From contig CAWDQF010000007.1 in NCBI GenBank assembly GCA_963804425.1, positions 1,028,457 to 1,092,456 of the forward strand: 64,000 nt of DNA, read 5' to 3'. The translations under genes and the position numbers were made by a program. The first letter of the stretch is position 1, and each line of letters starts with the position of its first letter. This stretch comes from an uncultured Verrucomicrobiae bacterium (lineage in GTDB: Bacteria; Verrucomicrobiota; Verrucomicrobiia; Chthoniobacterales; JAFAMB01). Below are positions 16,742-25,823 of the stretch, piece by piece. The notes under the pieces were generated by a model, which did not search any database, was not told the DNA's origin, and saw nothing but the letters and a program-made list of their open reading frames with translations.

Positions 16742-17225
16742 TCCGCAACACGCGTTCGTTGTCGGTCAAATTTTCCAGTAAGGCTCGAATCGTTTCGGTT
16801 TGACCGGGTAAAATCAGGTCGGGGGTAATTTCGGATAGCGGAGCAAGCACGAAACGGCGCTGCGGTAAACGGGGATGAGGAATAATGATCTCCGGATTGT
16901 TCAAAATCAAATTTCCCGCGTACAGCACATCTAGGTCAATCGTCCGCGGAGCGTTGCGCGGGCGTTTGGATGGGCGCCCCATCTCCCGTTCGATACGTAG
17001 CAGCGCGTCGAGTAGGGCGATGGGAGGTCCATTAAACTGGATTTCAACGGCCGCGTTCAGGTAGGCCCTTGTGCCTGGTGCGGAATCGATCGGACTGGTT
17101 TCGAAGACACTCGAAACCAGAGGGGGCTCAGCCGCAGCATGTAGGTATCTGATCCGGCGAAACCCTTCGCGCAGGTGCGCTAGTCGATCGCCGAGATTGG
17201 AGCCGAGTCCAATTCCTGTGCGCAT
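16719..17225 (-). CDS. folK: 2-amino-4-hydroxy-6-hydroxymethyldihydropteridine diphosphokinase
   Basis: GLGSNLGDR, RTIDLDVLYAG and IPHPRLPQRRFVLAPL. Overlaps the panB start by 23 nt. Confidence 0.9.
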   Translation of the reverse strand: MRTGIGLGSNLGDRLAHLREGFRRIRYLHAAAEPPLVSSVFETSPIDSAPGTRAYLNAAVEIQFNGPPIALLDALLRIEREMGRPSKRPRNAPRTIDLDVLYAGNLILNNPEIIIPHPRLPQRRFVLAPLSEITPDLILPGQTETIRALLENLTDNERVLRIESELEY

Positions 17226-17338
17226 GTGGATAACCTAGAATCCGAAGTAGGAATCACAGATTACGCTGTGGATCCTCTTTTTTTCGGTTTCTGAGTTTAA
17301 CACGAGTTGGAAACCAATTGCGGCTCGCGAACGGGATC

Positions 17339-18070
17339 TCACTTCAAGCCAAGGAGATCTTGCATATCGTATCGCCCCGGCGTTCGTCCGATTAACCACT
17401 GCGCAGCGCGCAGAGCTCCATGGGCGAAGGTGTCGCGACTTGCCGCGCGGTGGATCAGCTCCATTCGTTCGCCCTCGCCAGCGAACACCACGGTATGTTC
17501 GCCTACGACGCTACCAGCTCGCACCGCATGCATGCCAATTTCTTCGGAGGATCTTTCCCCGACAATTCCTTGCCTCCCATGACGAACTGCGCGGTTATAC
17601 GCCGTCGATCTGACCTCAGCAAGGATCTCACCGATCCGTTTAGCAGTCCCGCTCGGCGCGTCCTTTTTGTGCCGATGGTGCATCTCAATTACTTCGGCAT
17701 CGAATGCTTCACCGAGGACCTTTGCCGCTTCGCGACTCAGCCAGAACAATAGATTTACGCCGACGCTGAAATTAGGAGCGACGAGGATTGGGCAGGCTGC
17801 GGATGCTGTATCGATGATTTGCAACTGCGGGGCGGAGTGTCCGGTCGTCCCAATGACCAGTGGTCGGCCGTAACGCGCGCACCACAGAGCCAATTGAGCG
17901 GAGGCTTCCGGTACGCTCACGTCAATGCTGACTTCGGTCGCCGCAACCAAAGGTTCTAGCGGCGCGCCTTTTTCCGCAGCGATGACTTTCCAGTTATCCG
18001 ATTGCTGGGCCAGACGAAAGATAATTTGGCCAAGGCGGCCGGAAGCGCCTTGGACAAGAAGACGCGTCAT
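17339..18070 (-). CDS. dapB: 4-hydroxy-tetrahydrodipicolinate reductase
   Basis: EVIEMHHRHKKDAPSGTA motif. 243 aa. 4-nt overlap with dapA. Confidence 0.92.
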   Translation of the reverse strand: MTRLLVQGASGRLGQIIFRLAQQSDNWKVIAAEKGAPLEPLVAATEVSIDVSVPEASAQLALWCARYGRPLVIGTTGHSAPQLQIIDTASAACPILVAPNFSVGVNLLFWLSREAAKVLGEAFDAEVIEMHHRHKKDAPSGTAKRIGEILAEVRSTAYNRAVRHGRQGIVGERSSEEIGMHAVRAGSVVGEHTVVFAGEGERMELIHRAASRDTFAHGALRAAQWLIGRTPGRYDMQDLLGLK

Positions 18071-18942
18071 ATCAGCTTCGCAGCCGCGAGTGTTCGCTTC
18101 AGGCGATCCAGATTGGCAGGTCGCATTTCGCAGAGCGGTAAGCGGTACTCTGCCTCGATCATTCCCATGGCGTGAAGCGCTGCTTTGACCGGAATCGGAT
18201 TGGACTCAATAAACAGGTCTTTAAAGATCGGATAAAAGCGAAGATGGAGGTCTTTTGCTTCGTGAACATGCCCGGTCAGAAAAGCTTCGACCATCTCGCT
18301 CAGTTGGCGAGGAATGATGTTCGAAGCAACACTCACTACCCCAACGGCGCCGACCGCCATAAATGGGATCGTCAGTGAATCGTCGCCGGAGAGAATGCTA
18401 AATTCCGGGGGAAGGGCGTTGCGCAGAGCGGAGACCCGGTCACAACTGCCTCCGGCCTCTTTGATTGAGACCACGTTTTTGCATTCGCGCACCAGCCTCA
18501 CGCAGGTTTCCACATCGATCTCGCTCGCGGTCCTGCTTGGCACGTTATAGAGCATGATCGAGACTTCTGTGGCCTCGCTTACCGCCTTGAAATGCCGATA
18601 AATACCTTCAGGGGTCGGTTTGTTGTAATAAGGACTTGCCAGGAGCACCGCGTCGACGCCCAGCTTTGCCGCGCCAATCGATAGTTCGACCGCTTCGCGT
18701 GTCGAATTCGATCCGGTTCCGGCAATCACTCGGCATCGTCCTTTTGCTTGGCTGACCGCAATCTCAATCGTTCGCAGGTGCTCCTCCTGATCGAGGGTTG
18801 CCGCTTCCCCCGTCGAACCAGTCGGCACAATACCGCTCACGCCACTATCGATCTGAAAGTCGATCAAACGGCGATAGGCGGCTTCATCAATCGCTCCGTC
18901 CTTAAACGGGGTCACTAGTGCGGTATAAGCTCCACTAAACAT
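18067..18942 (-). CDS. dapA: 4-hydroxy-tetrahydrodipicolinate synthase
   Basis: ALVTPF, GIVPTGSTGEAATL, YNVPSRT and SIKEAGG are the DapA pattern. Confidence 0.93.
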   Translation of the reverse strand: MFSGAYTALVTPFKDGAIDEAAYRRLIDFQIDSGVSGIVPTGSTGEAATLDQEEHLRTIEIAVSQAKGRCRVIAGTGSNSTREAVELSIGAAKLGVDAVLLASPYYNKPTPEGIYRHFKAVSEATEVSIMLYNVPSRTASEIDVETCVRLVRECKNVVSIKEAGGSCDRVSALRNALPPEFSILSGDDSLTIPFMAVGAVGVVSVASNIIPRQLSEMVEAFLTGHVHEAKDLHLRFYPIFKDLFIESNPIPVKAALHAMGMIEAEYRLPLCEMRPANLDRLKRTLAAAKLI

Positions 18943-18954
18943 AAGATCTCTGGA

Positions 18955-19761
18955 TCATGGCAATTCGATAGCCCCCTCAAACGCGAAATCAGCCGGCCCC
19001 CTCAACTCTACGTCGTGAAATTCTTCGCCGGCTCTGGTAAAAGCCACTTCCAGCCAATCGCCACCCTTTACTCGCACCCGGATTGGGCTGTCGATCGATC
19101 GCAGCCGGCTATAGATTAAGGCAGAGGCACTCACACCGGTACCGCACGCTAAAGTCTCCGCCTCAACGCCCCGTTCATAGGTGCGGATAGCGATTTTGCC
19201 AGGCGCGGTCTCTTTCGCAAAGTTCACATTTGTTCCTTTTGGACGGAATTCGGGATGATAACGAATCGCCTTGCCAAGTTCGTATACCGGAGCTGTCTCT
19301 AGATTGTCGACCATGATAACCGCGTGGGGTACACCGGTATTCAGCAAATGCACCGTGAGTTCTTTTCCTTGGACTTGCAGCTTCCGATTTAACGCGAGGC
19401 CGTGCGGAGCACTTAAGCTAACCGTTACCTGCTCGCCATTGAGTTTTGCCCGAATAATACCGGCCGGCGTTTCGAAGCTCAGTTCGGAAAAAGGTCCGGC
19501 GACTTTGTCCGCAAATCGAGCAAAGCAGCGGGCGCCGTTGCCGCACATCTCGGCTTCGCCACCGTCACTGTTGTAGTATCGCATGCGGAAGTCAGCGCCA
19601 TTAGCCGCGTTCTCCAGCAAAAGCACGCCGTCTCCACCGATACCGCGATGGCGATCGCAAAGAAATGCAATCTCGTCCGAGTTAAGTCGAAGGCGCCCGG
19701 AACGATTATCCAACAGAACGAAATCATTCCCGGCACCATTCATCTTAGTAAATGAGAGCAT
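18955..19761 (-). CDS. dapF: Diaminopimelate epimerase
   Basis: FTKMNGAGNDFVLLDN, the two catalytic Cys contexts (EMCGNGARC and LACGTGVSA). Start at ATG 19761 (MLSFTKM) rather than the track's 19839. Confidence 0.9.
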   Translation of the reverse strand: MLSFTKMNGAGNDFVLLDNRSGRLRLNSDEIAFLCDRHRGIGGDGVLLLENAANGADFRMRYYNSDGGEAEMCGNGARCFARFADKVAGPFSELSFETPAGIIRAKLNGEQVTVSLSAPHGLALNRKLQVQGKELTVHLLNTGVPHAVIMVDNLETAPVYELGKAIRYHPEFRPKGTNVNFAKETAPGKIAIRTYERGVEAETLACGTGVSASALIYSRLRSIDSPIRVRVKGGDWLEVAFTRAGEEFHDVELRGPADFAFEGAIELP

Positions 19762-19962
19762 AGGTCGTGTATTGGGATTCTGCGGCTCCGTCGGTCGCTC
19801 TGATAGTTGGCTTACCCGCCTTATTTCGCTATCGCGCAATGGCGTGTTTCGGCTACCATTCTCAAATATCAGCAGATCGCTAGTTGAGCAACTGCCAACA
19901 CGACTACGTCGTGTTGACCCATAGCAAATGTCTATCGGCTATTGGCTGTTTGCTTCGGTGGC

Positions 19963-21120
19963 TCAATCCGATCTCAGAACCGGGAAATCAGGCATTTCGA
20001 CACGCCCTGAGAAATGGTTCCAAGGTGGAAGAGGCAACGACCTGGCACCGTTGGCGAATTCGTAGGTAACCTCTTTCAGGCGTTCCAGAAAATGTCGGGC
20101 AGTTTCGGTTTCTCGTGATTGAGCGAACGGGATCTGGTTAAAGAATGCCACATCGCGATACCGCCGGATAAAGTCCGCGGCTGCTTGTTGATATGCCTCG
20201 CAAATAGACTCTAGCATGACCGGATCAAATCGACAGCCCTCCCGTTCAAGATGGCTCAGAAACGACAGGGCAATCTCGGCAACCATACCGAGCAACCCTT
20301 CTCGTGGTTGCTTTGGATCCAGGATTTGATGTTTGTGATCGTAGCGAATTGCTAAATCAACTTGGCAAACATCGCGCGGCTCGAGTAGCCGGTGAATTTC
20401 ACATAACCAACCGATCTCCAGTGCCCAGCCGCTTTCGATCGGCAGCTCCACGGCGAGGTTAGTTGTCAGTGCGCACTCGCCGGCCAGTGGATAGCGAAAA
20501 CTGTCGAAGAAATCGAGCAAAGGAAAATGGCCGAGAGCACGAATGAACGAGCGTACGAGCGGGATCACAAACAGGCGAGTTACCCGACCATAAAGTTGTT
20601 CTTGGACCCGCGGATAGAAGCCTTTACAGAACTTATATCCGAGCGTTACCACCGGATCGATCAAGTTCAGCGGCAGCTCGGCACTGTAGTTTTTGATATC
20701 GCAATCGTGAACGACGAGCGCACCAATGTCGGTATGCCGGCTAATGAATCCTATCGCCATCCAGATATTTAATCCCTTGCCCGGCGTCAAGTAGAGCCCC
20801 TTGGCAGAAAGCCATTCTACAACGATCGGGTCATCGTTCCATAGAACCCGGTGCGGAGGGCGCAGCTGAGACCAAAAATGTGCAACCGTGGTCGCGTGGG
20901 CTTCCGGGATCCCGTTCATGGTGATAACGATTAGGTCAAACAAATTGGACTGGTTGAGTGCGCTGATGATGTTCGTGAGCGCCTCAGAGGCAAGGTCCCG
21001 GTAGTGGCAAGGCAGGATCAGGCCCAATTTGGTTTGCCGGACCGGGAATACGCGATGGCGCGCCGGTTGATTCAATTGATGCAGGGTACTGATCAGGCCG
21101 TGCTGAAAGAAATCGCTCAT
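19963..21120 (-). CDS. GT-A fold glycosyltransferase, possibly glucosyl/mannosyl-3-phosphoglycerate synthase-like
   Basis: About 385 aa from ATG 21120 (MSDFFQHG). LILPCHYRD...VVHDCDIKNY is DxD-like. The overall look of GpgS/MpgS-type enzymes is recognised from memory only. Confidence 0.5.
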   Translation of the reverse strand: MSDFFQHGLISTLHQLNQPARHRVFPVRQTKLGLILPCHYRDLASEALTNIISALNQSNLFDLIVITMNGIPEAHATTVAHFWSQLRPPHRVLWNDDPIVVEWLSAKGLYLTPGKGLNIWMAIGFISRHTDIGALVVHDCDIKNYSAELPLNLIDPVVTLGYKFCKGFYPRVQEQLYGRVTRLFVIPLVRSFIRALGHFPLLDFFDSFRYPLAGECALTTNLAVELPIESGWALEIGWLCEIHRLLEPRDVCQVDLAIRYDHKHQILDPKQPREGLLGMVAEIALSFLSHLEREGCRFDPVMLESICEAYQQAAADFIRRYRDVAFFNQIPFAQSRETETARHFLERLKEVTYEFANGARSLPLPPWNHFSGRVEMPDFPVLRSD

Positions 21121-21331
21121 CGACGGGTGCAAGATAGCGCGAACCCAACATGCCGCCATCCGGCGACACTCCGGATAGGGCAGGCGGGGTAGTAGGGCAA
21201 GATCGGCGGAGCCGGGGGCTGGCAGGGCGAGGCTCCCGCCGAGCCGAAGGCCCCTGACACGGCGGTTCTCGAATCAGTTTGCGCGGAGGCAGTATAGACG
21301 ATATCCCTATAGGGAATACCTTTTAGTTACG

Positions 21332-23050
21332 ATGCCCGCCAAAAACGTTGAAGAAATTAAGGCCCAAAGTCACTCTCTGCGAGGGAAGATCGCCGAAACC
21401 TTGCAGAGAGAGGATAGCCACTTTGCGGACGAAGAGTTTCAGCTGCTCAAGTTCCATGGCACCTACCAGCAGGATGACCGCGACCAGCGTACTCCTCGCA
21501 AGCAGCAAAATTTGGATAAAGCCTGGATCTTTATGGTGCGGTCAAAATTGCCCGGCGGTGCCCTGTCGGCCACCCAATATTTGGACCACGACCGCATCGC
21601 GGACGAGCTGGGGAACGGCACATTGCGAATCACTACGCGCCAGGGGTTTCAAATCCATGGAGTTCTGAAGGGAGATCTCCAATCCTGTATTCGCCGGATC
21701 AACCAATCCGGGATGACAACCTGGGGGGCCTGCGGAGATGTGGTGAGGAACACCATCGCGCCGGCTGCGCCCATCGATGATCAACCCCATCGTGATGCGC
21801 AACGCCTGGCCAAGGAAATAAGCGATACCTTTTTAGCCAAGACAACGGCTTATGCCGAAATATGGCTGAACGGGGAACGGCTGGAATCTCCGACTGGCGA
21901 CCCAGAGCCCATCTATGGAACCTATTATCTGCCGCGCAAGTTTAAGATCGCAATCGCTGTCCCCCCTCGCAACGACGTCGACGTCTACTCAAACGACCTT
22001 GGGTTCATTGCCCGCGTCGAAGGTGGCGAGACCGTGGGATATACCGTTGTCGTTGGTGGCGGTTTTGGTATGACGCACGGCAAAACCGAGACTTACCCCG
22101 CGTTAGCCCAACCACTTGGCTACGTTAATCGTTCTCAAGTGATTGAAGTTGCGAAAGCCGTGGTGACTACACAACGAGACTTCGGAAACCGCACGGATCG
22201 CAAACGTGCGCGGCTGAAATATTTGATCGAGGAGCGTGGGATTGAATGGTTCCGGGAGGAAGTGAGCTCGCGCCTCACTTTCGACCTTGAGTCCCCGCAA
22301 ACGGTCCGCTGGAGCACCGTGGGCGACCTCCTGGGGTGGCACGAGCAGGGTAACGGGAAGCTGTTTTACGGAGTTTGGATCCAGGAAGGACGAATCCAGG
22401 ATTCGGAAAAGGCGGCATACCGGAGCGCCTTTCGGGAAATCACCCAAAAGCTGCGATTGCCGGTCCGTCTGACTACTAACTGCAATCTCATTTTCCATGA
22501 TATCGAGCCGGCTCAAAAATCAGAGTTTGAAGAGATTTTGGTTAAGCACCGCATTCCGCGCTTATCAAAGTTAAGTGCGACTCGAAAGCTGGCGCACGCT
22601 TGTGTGGCTTTACCCACTTGCGGGTTGGCGCTGGCGGAGAGCGAAAGGGTTTTTCCGGATGTGCTTACAGAAATCGACAAAGTTTTGGCCGATCTTTCGC
22701 TGTTGAATGAACCAATCCTCATCCGGATGACCGGCTGTCCCAATGGCTGCGCGCGGCCGTATAACGCGGACATCGCATTTGTCGGACGGGCGCCGGGAAA
22801 ATACGCGTTCTATGTCGGTGGCTCAATCACGGGCGAGCGTCTGGTAGGACTCGAGGAAAAGTCGATTCATCAATCGGAAATACCGGTCAAAGTGCGGGAG
22901 TTACTGGAGGATTTTGTTCGTAACCGTGTCGAAGACGAGACGTTTTCCTCTTATTGGGGAAGAACTCACGTAAATGGTCCTGCACCGAAACCCGAGCAAT
23001 TCCACCAAGAGTTGGCGAACCGGGTGGGCTTGGCGCCGGTGGAAGTGTGA
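21332..23050 (+). CDS. cysI: Assimilatory sulfite reductase hemoprotein (siroheme/4Fe-4S) subunit
   Basis: LKFHGTYQQDDRD, ITTRQGFQIHGV, the Cys cluster ACVALPTCGLALAE...TGCPNGCARP. 572 aa. No cysJ next to it, so it could be ferredoxin-dependent. Confidence 0.88.
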   Translation: MPAKNVEEIKAQSHSLRGKIAETLQREDSHFADEEFQLLKFHGTYQQDDRDQRTPRKQQNLDKAWIFMVRSKLPGGALSATQYLDHDRIADELGNGTLRITTRQGFQIHGVLKGDLQSCIRRINQSGMTTWGACGDVVRNTIAPAAPIDDQPHRDAQRLAKEISDTFLAKTTAYAEIWLNGERLESPTGDPEPIYGTYYLPRKFKIAIAVPPRNDVDVYSNDLGFIARVEGGETVGYTVVVGGGFGMTHGKTETYPALAQPLGYVNRSQVIEVAKAVVTTQRDFGNRTDRKRARLKYLIEERGIEWFREEVSSRLTFDLESPQTVRWSTVGDLLGWHEQGNGKLFYGVWIQEGRIQDSEKAAYRSAFREITQKLRLPVRLTTNCNLIFHDIEPAQKSEFEEILVKHRIPRLSKLSATRKLAHACVALPTCGLALAESERVFPDVLTEIDKVLADLSLLNEPILIRMTGCPNGCARPYNADIAFVGRAPGKYAFYVGGSITGERLVGLEEKSIHQSEIPVKVRELLEDFVRNRVEDETFSSYWGRTHVNGPAPKPEQFHQELANRVGLAPVEV

Positions 23051-23097
23051 TTGACCGGCGGTTGACATCAACTTCCTTCACCGCTAAGGCCACTAGC

Positions 23098-23193
23098 ATG
23101 GGTAAGCAACACAACAAGGTCGAGAAACGTCGTCGCCGTAAAGAATATCTTCGCCGCAAAAAATCGGCGGCGAAAACTTCAACCAAACGGTAA
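23098..23193 (+). CDS. Candidate 31-aa highly basic micro-protein (MGKQHNKVEKRRRRKEYLRRKKSAAKTSTKR)
   Basis: ATG start with AAGG 9 nt upstream. CGT/CGC/AAA-rich codons. Lies in the 190-bp cysI-gpmI spacer. It is the last 31 codons of track ORF 22954..23193. Confidence 0.35.
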   Translation: MGKQHNKVEKRRRRKEYLRRKKSAAKTSTKR

Positions 23194-23240
23194 CACTGCA
23201 CTTCCAGGTTCCTGGATTGCAGGTGCACTAATTCTGGGCC

Positions 23241-24773
23241 ATGGCGCAACCTGTCATTCTGATCATCCGGGACGGCTGGGGAATCAATCCGCACGGTCGC
23301 GATTCCGCCGAGGCAGACGGTAATGCGACGCTGCTGGCGCGGACGCCTTATCACGATCACCTTTACGCCACTTATCCGATGAGCCGCTTGAGCGCAAGCG
23401 GGCTGGATGTGGGATTACCTGAGGGGCAAATGGGAAACTCTGAGGTGGGTCACCTCAATCTCGGGGCTGGCAGAATCGTGTACCAAGATTTCACGCATAT
23501 TAATCAGGCGATTGCCGCCGGCGAGCTGCAGCGTAACGAAACAGTTCAGAGGGCTTTCGCTCGAGCTGTCCATTCACGACTGCATTTCATAGGGCTGGTA
23601 TCGGACGGTGGCGTGCATAGTCACCAGGATCATCTTATCGCCTTGGTGAAAGCCGCTGCCCAAGCTGGGGGGAAGGAGATCTTTATCCACGCGATCACGG
23701 ATGGCCGCGACACTTCTCCGACTGGGGGCGCCGGTTATCTAGGAACGGTCGAGGAGCAAGTGCGTTCCACCGGTGCCAAGATTTCGACTGTAGTCGGGCG
23801 CTACTACGCGATGGATAGAGACCGACGCTGGGACCGGACGAAGCTTGCTTGGGACGCCATCGTCCTAGGTTTGGGTGAGAGGCCAAAAGTCTCAGTATCT
23901 GAGGCGGTACAGCAACGGTACAAAGCCGGCGAAACCGATGAGTTCTTAAAACCGATGGTTTTCTCGCGCCCAAATGGACCGCAAATCCGTGATGGGGACG
24001 TTGTCTTTTTCTTCAATTTCCGCGCTGACCGGGCACGCCAGCTATCTCAAGCATTTCTGTTTCCCGATTTTGCCGGATTCGATCGCGGGACCCAACCGAA
24101 GGTCGATTACGTAACCATGACTGTGTACGACAAGACTTATAACTGTCCGGTCGCGTTCCAACCACAGACCTTGGAGAATATACTTGGAAAAATCGTAAGC
24201 AATTCCGGGAAGCGGCAGCTACGGATTGCTGAGACTGAGAAGTATCCGCACGTCACATACTTTTTTAACGGCGGAATTGAAGTCGCCTATCCAGGCGAGG
24301 ATCGGGTAATCGTGCCGTCGCCGAAAGTGGCGACCTACGACCTTCAGCCGGAGATGAGTGCGCCACAGGTAACTGAAGAAGTGGTCAAGCGACTCAAGGA
24401 ATACGACTTGGTGATACTCAATTTCGCCAATCCTGACATGGTGGGCCATACTGGCGTGGTCGATGCCGGAATCAAAGCGGTCGAAACGATTGACGGTTGT
24501 CTGCGCCAGGTTCTGGAGGAAACGCTTCGATTGGATGGCAAAGCGCTGGTGACCGCCGACCACGGCAATTGCGAATTGATGCGCAATCCGGATGGTTCGC
24601 CGAATACAGCGCACACGACCAACCTGGTGCATTTTATTTACGTAGCCCAAGATGCGTCCAGTTTTCAGCTCAAAGACGGAATCTTAGCGGATGTTGCGCC
24701 GACTCTGTTAAAGTTGCTTGGGTTGGAGCAACCGTCCGAGATGACCGGGCATTCGTTACTGGTTCGGAGTTAA
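23241..24773 (+). CDS. gpmI: 2,3-bisphosphoglycerate-independent phosphoglycerate mutase
   Basis: ILIIRDGWG, NSEVGHLNLGAGR, GGVHSH, ADHGN. 510 aa. Confidence 0.95.
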   Translation: MAQPVILIIRDGWGINPHGRDSAEADGNATLLARTPYHDHLYATYPMSRLSASGLDVGLPEGQMGNSEVGHLNLGAGRIVYQDFTHINQAIAAGELQRNETVQRAFARAVHSRLHFIGLVSDGGVHSHQDHLIALVKAAAQAGGKEIFIHAITDGRDTSPTGGAGYLGTVEEQVRSTGAKISTVVGRYYAMDRDRRWDRTKLAWDAIVLGLGERPKVSVSEAVQQRYKAGETDEFLKPMVFSRPNGPQIRDGDVVFFFNFRADRARQLSQAFLFPDFAGFDRGTQPKVDYVTMTVYDKTYNCPVAFQPQTLENILGKIVSNSGKRQLRIAETEKYPHVTYFFNGGIEVAYPGEDRVIVPSPKVATYDLQPEMSAPQVTEEVVKRLKEYDLVILNFANPDMVGHTGVVDAGIKAVETIDGCLRQVLEETLRLDGKALVTADHGNCELMRNPDGSPNTAHTTNLVHFIYVAQDASSFQLKDGILADVAPTLLKLLGLEQPSEMTGHSLLVRS

Positions 24774-24894
24774 TTTGGGACCAAGGCGTAGTTCGGCTCT
24801 GGACAGCGGGACTAACTGATGCGATAGCGTCCCACTGCTATGCAGTTTGCGGTTTTAGGGTTTCGAAAAAAATGCTGTAAAACTACTGCTGTAG

Positions 24895-24968
24895 TACCGC
24901 GTGGTGTAACGGTAACACAGCGCCCTTTGGAGGCGTTATTCATGGTTCGAATCCATGCGCGGTAGCCA
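24895..24968 (+). tRNA. tRNA-Gln (anticodon TTG)
   Basis: Hand-folded cloverleaf: acceptor TACCGCG/CGCGGTA with U1-A72, D stem GTGT/ACAC with a GG loop, anticodon stem GCGCC/GGCGT with loop CT-TTG-GA, T arm CATGG-TTCGAAT-CCATG. Discriminator G and an encoded CCA. Confidence 0.9.
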
Positions 24969-25014
24969 ATCATCAATCGGCTGAGACATCCAGCTTCCTA
25001 ACTTACTTCCTTTT

Positions 25015-25043
25015 TTGACAATCGCCGATGTCGTTTTGATATT
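25015..25043 (+). promoter_or_regulatory. Sigma-70-like promoter candidate (TTGACA, 17 nt, GATATT)
   Basis: The -35 is at 25015..25020, the spacer is 17 nt, and the -10-like GATATT is at 25038..25043. It ends 6 nt before GTG 25050. Confidence 0.35.
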
Positions 25044-25049
25044 TCACCG

Positions 25050-25823
25050 GTGAGTAATTTGGACCTGAATAGCTTATTGGGCGGGTGGCCACACGAGCCC
25101 GGCCAAGTGAAAGCGCGCAAAATCATTGGGATTGACGGGCGTGAGAAAGTCCAGCTGCGCATCGATCTTGGTCTCATCCAAATGGAAATGACCGGCCGCC
25201 CGGACGGGCAACGGCCGTTCGGTTTTGAGTCTTTGCTGCAATACCATGAGGCACGGCTCCAAACGGCCGAGTCGCGCGGGAGTTCCTACGAGTTAAGTGA
25301 AGCGGAGTTGGTTGCGCTGCAACAGGAGGGAGTTCAGTACTATCACCGTTATCTCAGTCTCTTCCAGTTACGGGATTATCCGAACGTCATCCGGGACACG
25401 GAAAGAAACCTGGAGCTTTTTAACTTCGTCTCGAAGCACGCGCAGGAAGATGAATCGAAATGGGCCTTCGAGCAGTTCCGTCCTTATGTGATGATGATGA
25501 GCACTCGAGCGCGGGCTTCGCTCGAAATCCAGGAAGGCAGTACCGCGAAAGCCATCCGCTTTATCGAAGACGGGAAGCAGCAGATCGAAAAATATTATCG
25601 CTCGATCAATCAGCCGGAGTGGATTGAGACCAGCTCGGAACTAGCCTTTCTCAATGAGTGGTTGAACGAGGTGCGCGAGAATATCCCGTTGTCGCCAGTG
25701 GAATTGATGGAGCGGGACTTGGAGAAAGCTATCGCCGAGGAGGCATACGAGCGAGCGGCGGAATTGCGAGATGCTATTCTGAAAATGTCGCGTCGGCTTC
25801 CCGATGAATCCGTCGATCCTTGA
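25050..25823 (+). CDS. UVR (UvrB/UvrC-motif) domain-containing protein
   Basis: The C-terminal LEKAIAEEAYERAAELRDAILKM is a UVR motif. The rest is unassigned. GTG start at 25050 is uncertain. Confidence 0.65.
   Translation: MSNLDLNSLLGGWPHEPGQVKARKIIGIDGREKVQLRIDLGLIQMEMTGRPDGQRPFGFESLLQYHEARLQTAESRGSSYELSEAELVALQQEGVQYYHRYLSLFQLRDYPNVIRDTERNLELFNFVSKHAQEDESKWAFEQFRPYVMMMSTRARASLEIQEGSTAKAIRFIEDGKQQIEKYYRSINQPEWIETSSELAFLNEWLNEVRENIPLSPVELMERDLEKAIAEEAYERAAELRDAILKMSRRLPDESVDP

Noticed and set aside
17258-17290. Plus-strand terminator-like hairpin CACAG-ATTACG-CTGTG followed by TCTTTTTTT between folK and dapB.
   Set aside because: Both flanking genes are on the minus strand, so there is no plus-strand transcript to terminate. 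The stem is short and separated from the T-run.
22954-23193. The full 79-aa ORF overlapping the end of cysI.
   Set aside because: The first 48 codons overlap cysI in another frame. Only the last 31 codons, from ATG 23098, form a plausible independent micro-ORF.
24949-24961. The 9-nt identity CCATGCGCG between the 3' half of tRNA-Gln and the terminus of the 606-bp element, as a hint of tRNA-targeted integration.
   Set aside because: A 9-mer match is expected by chance about once in a 64-kb window counting both strands. There is no direct repeat of the tRNA end and no integrase nearby.
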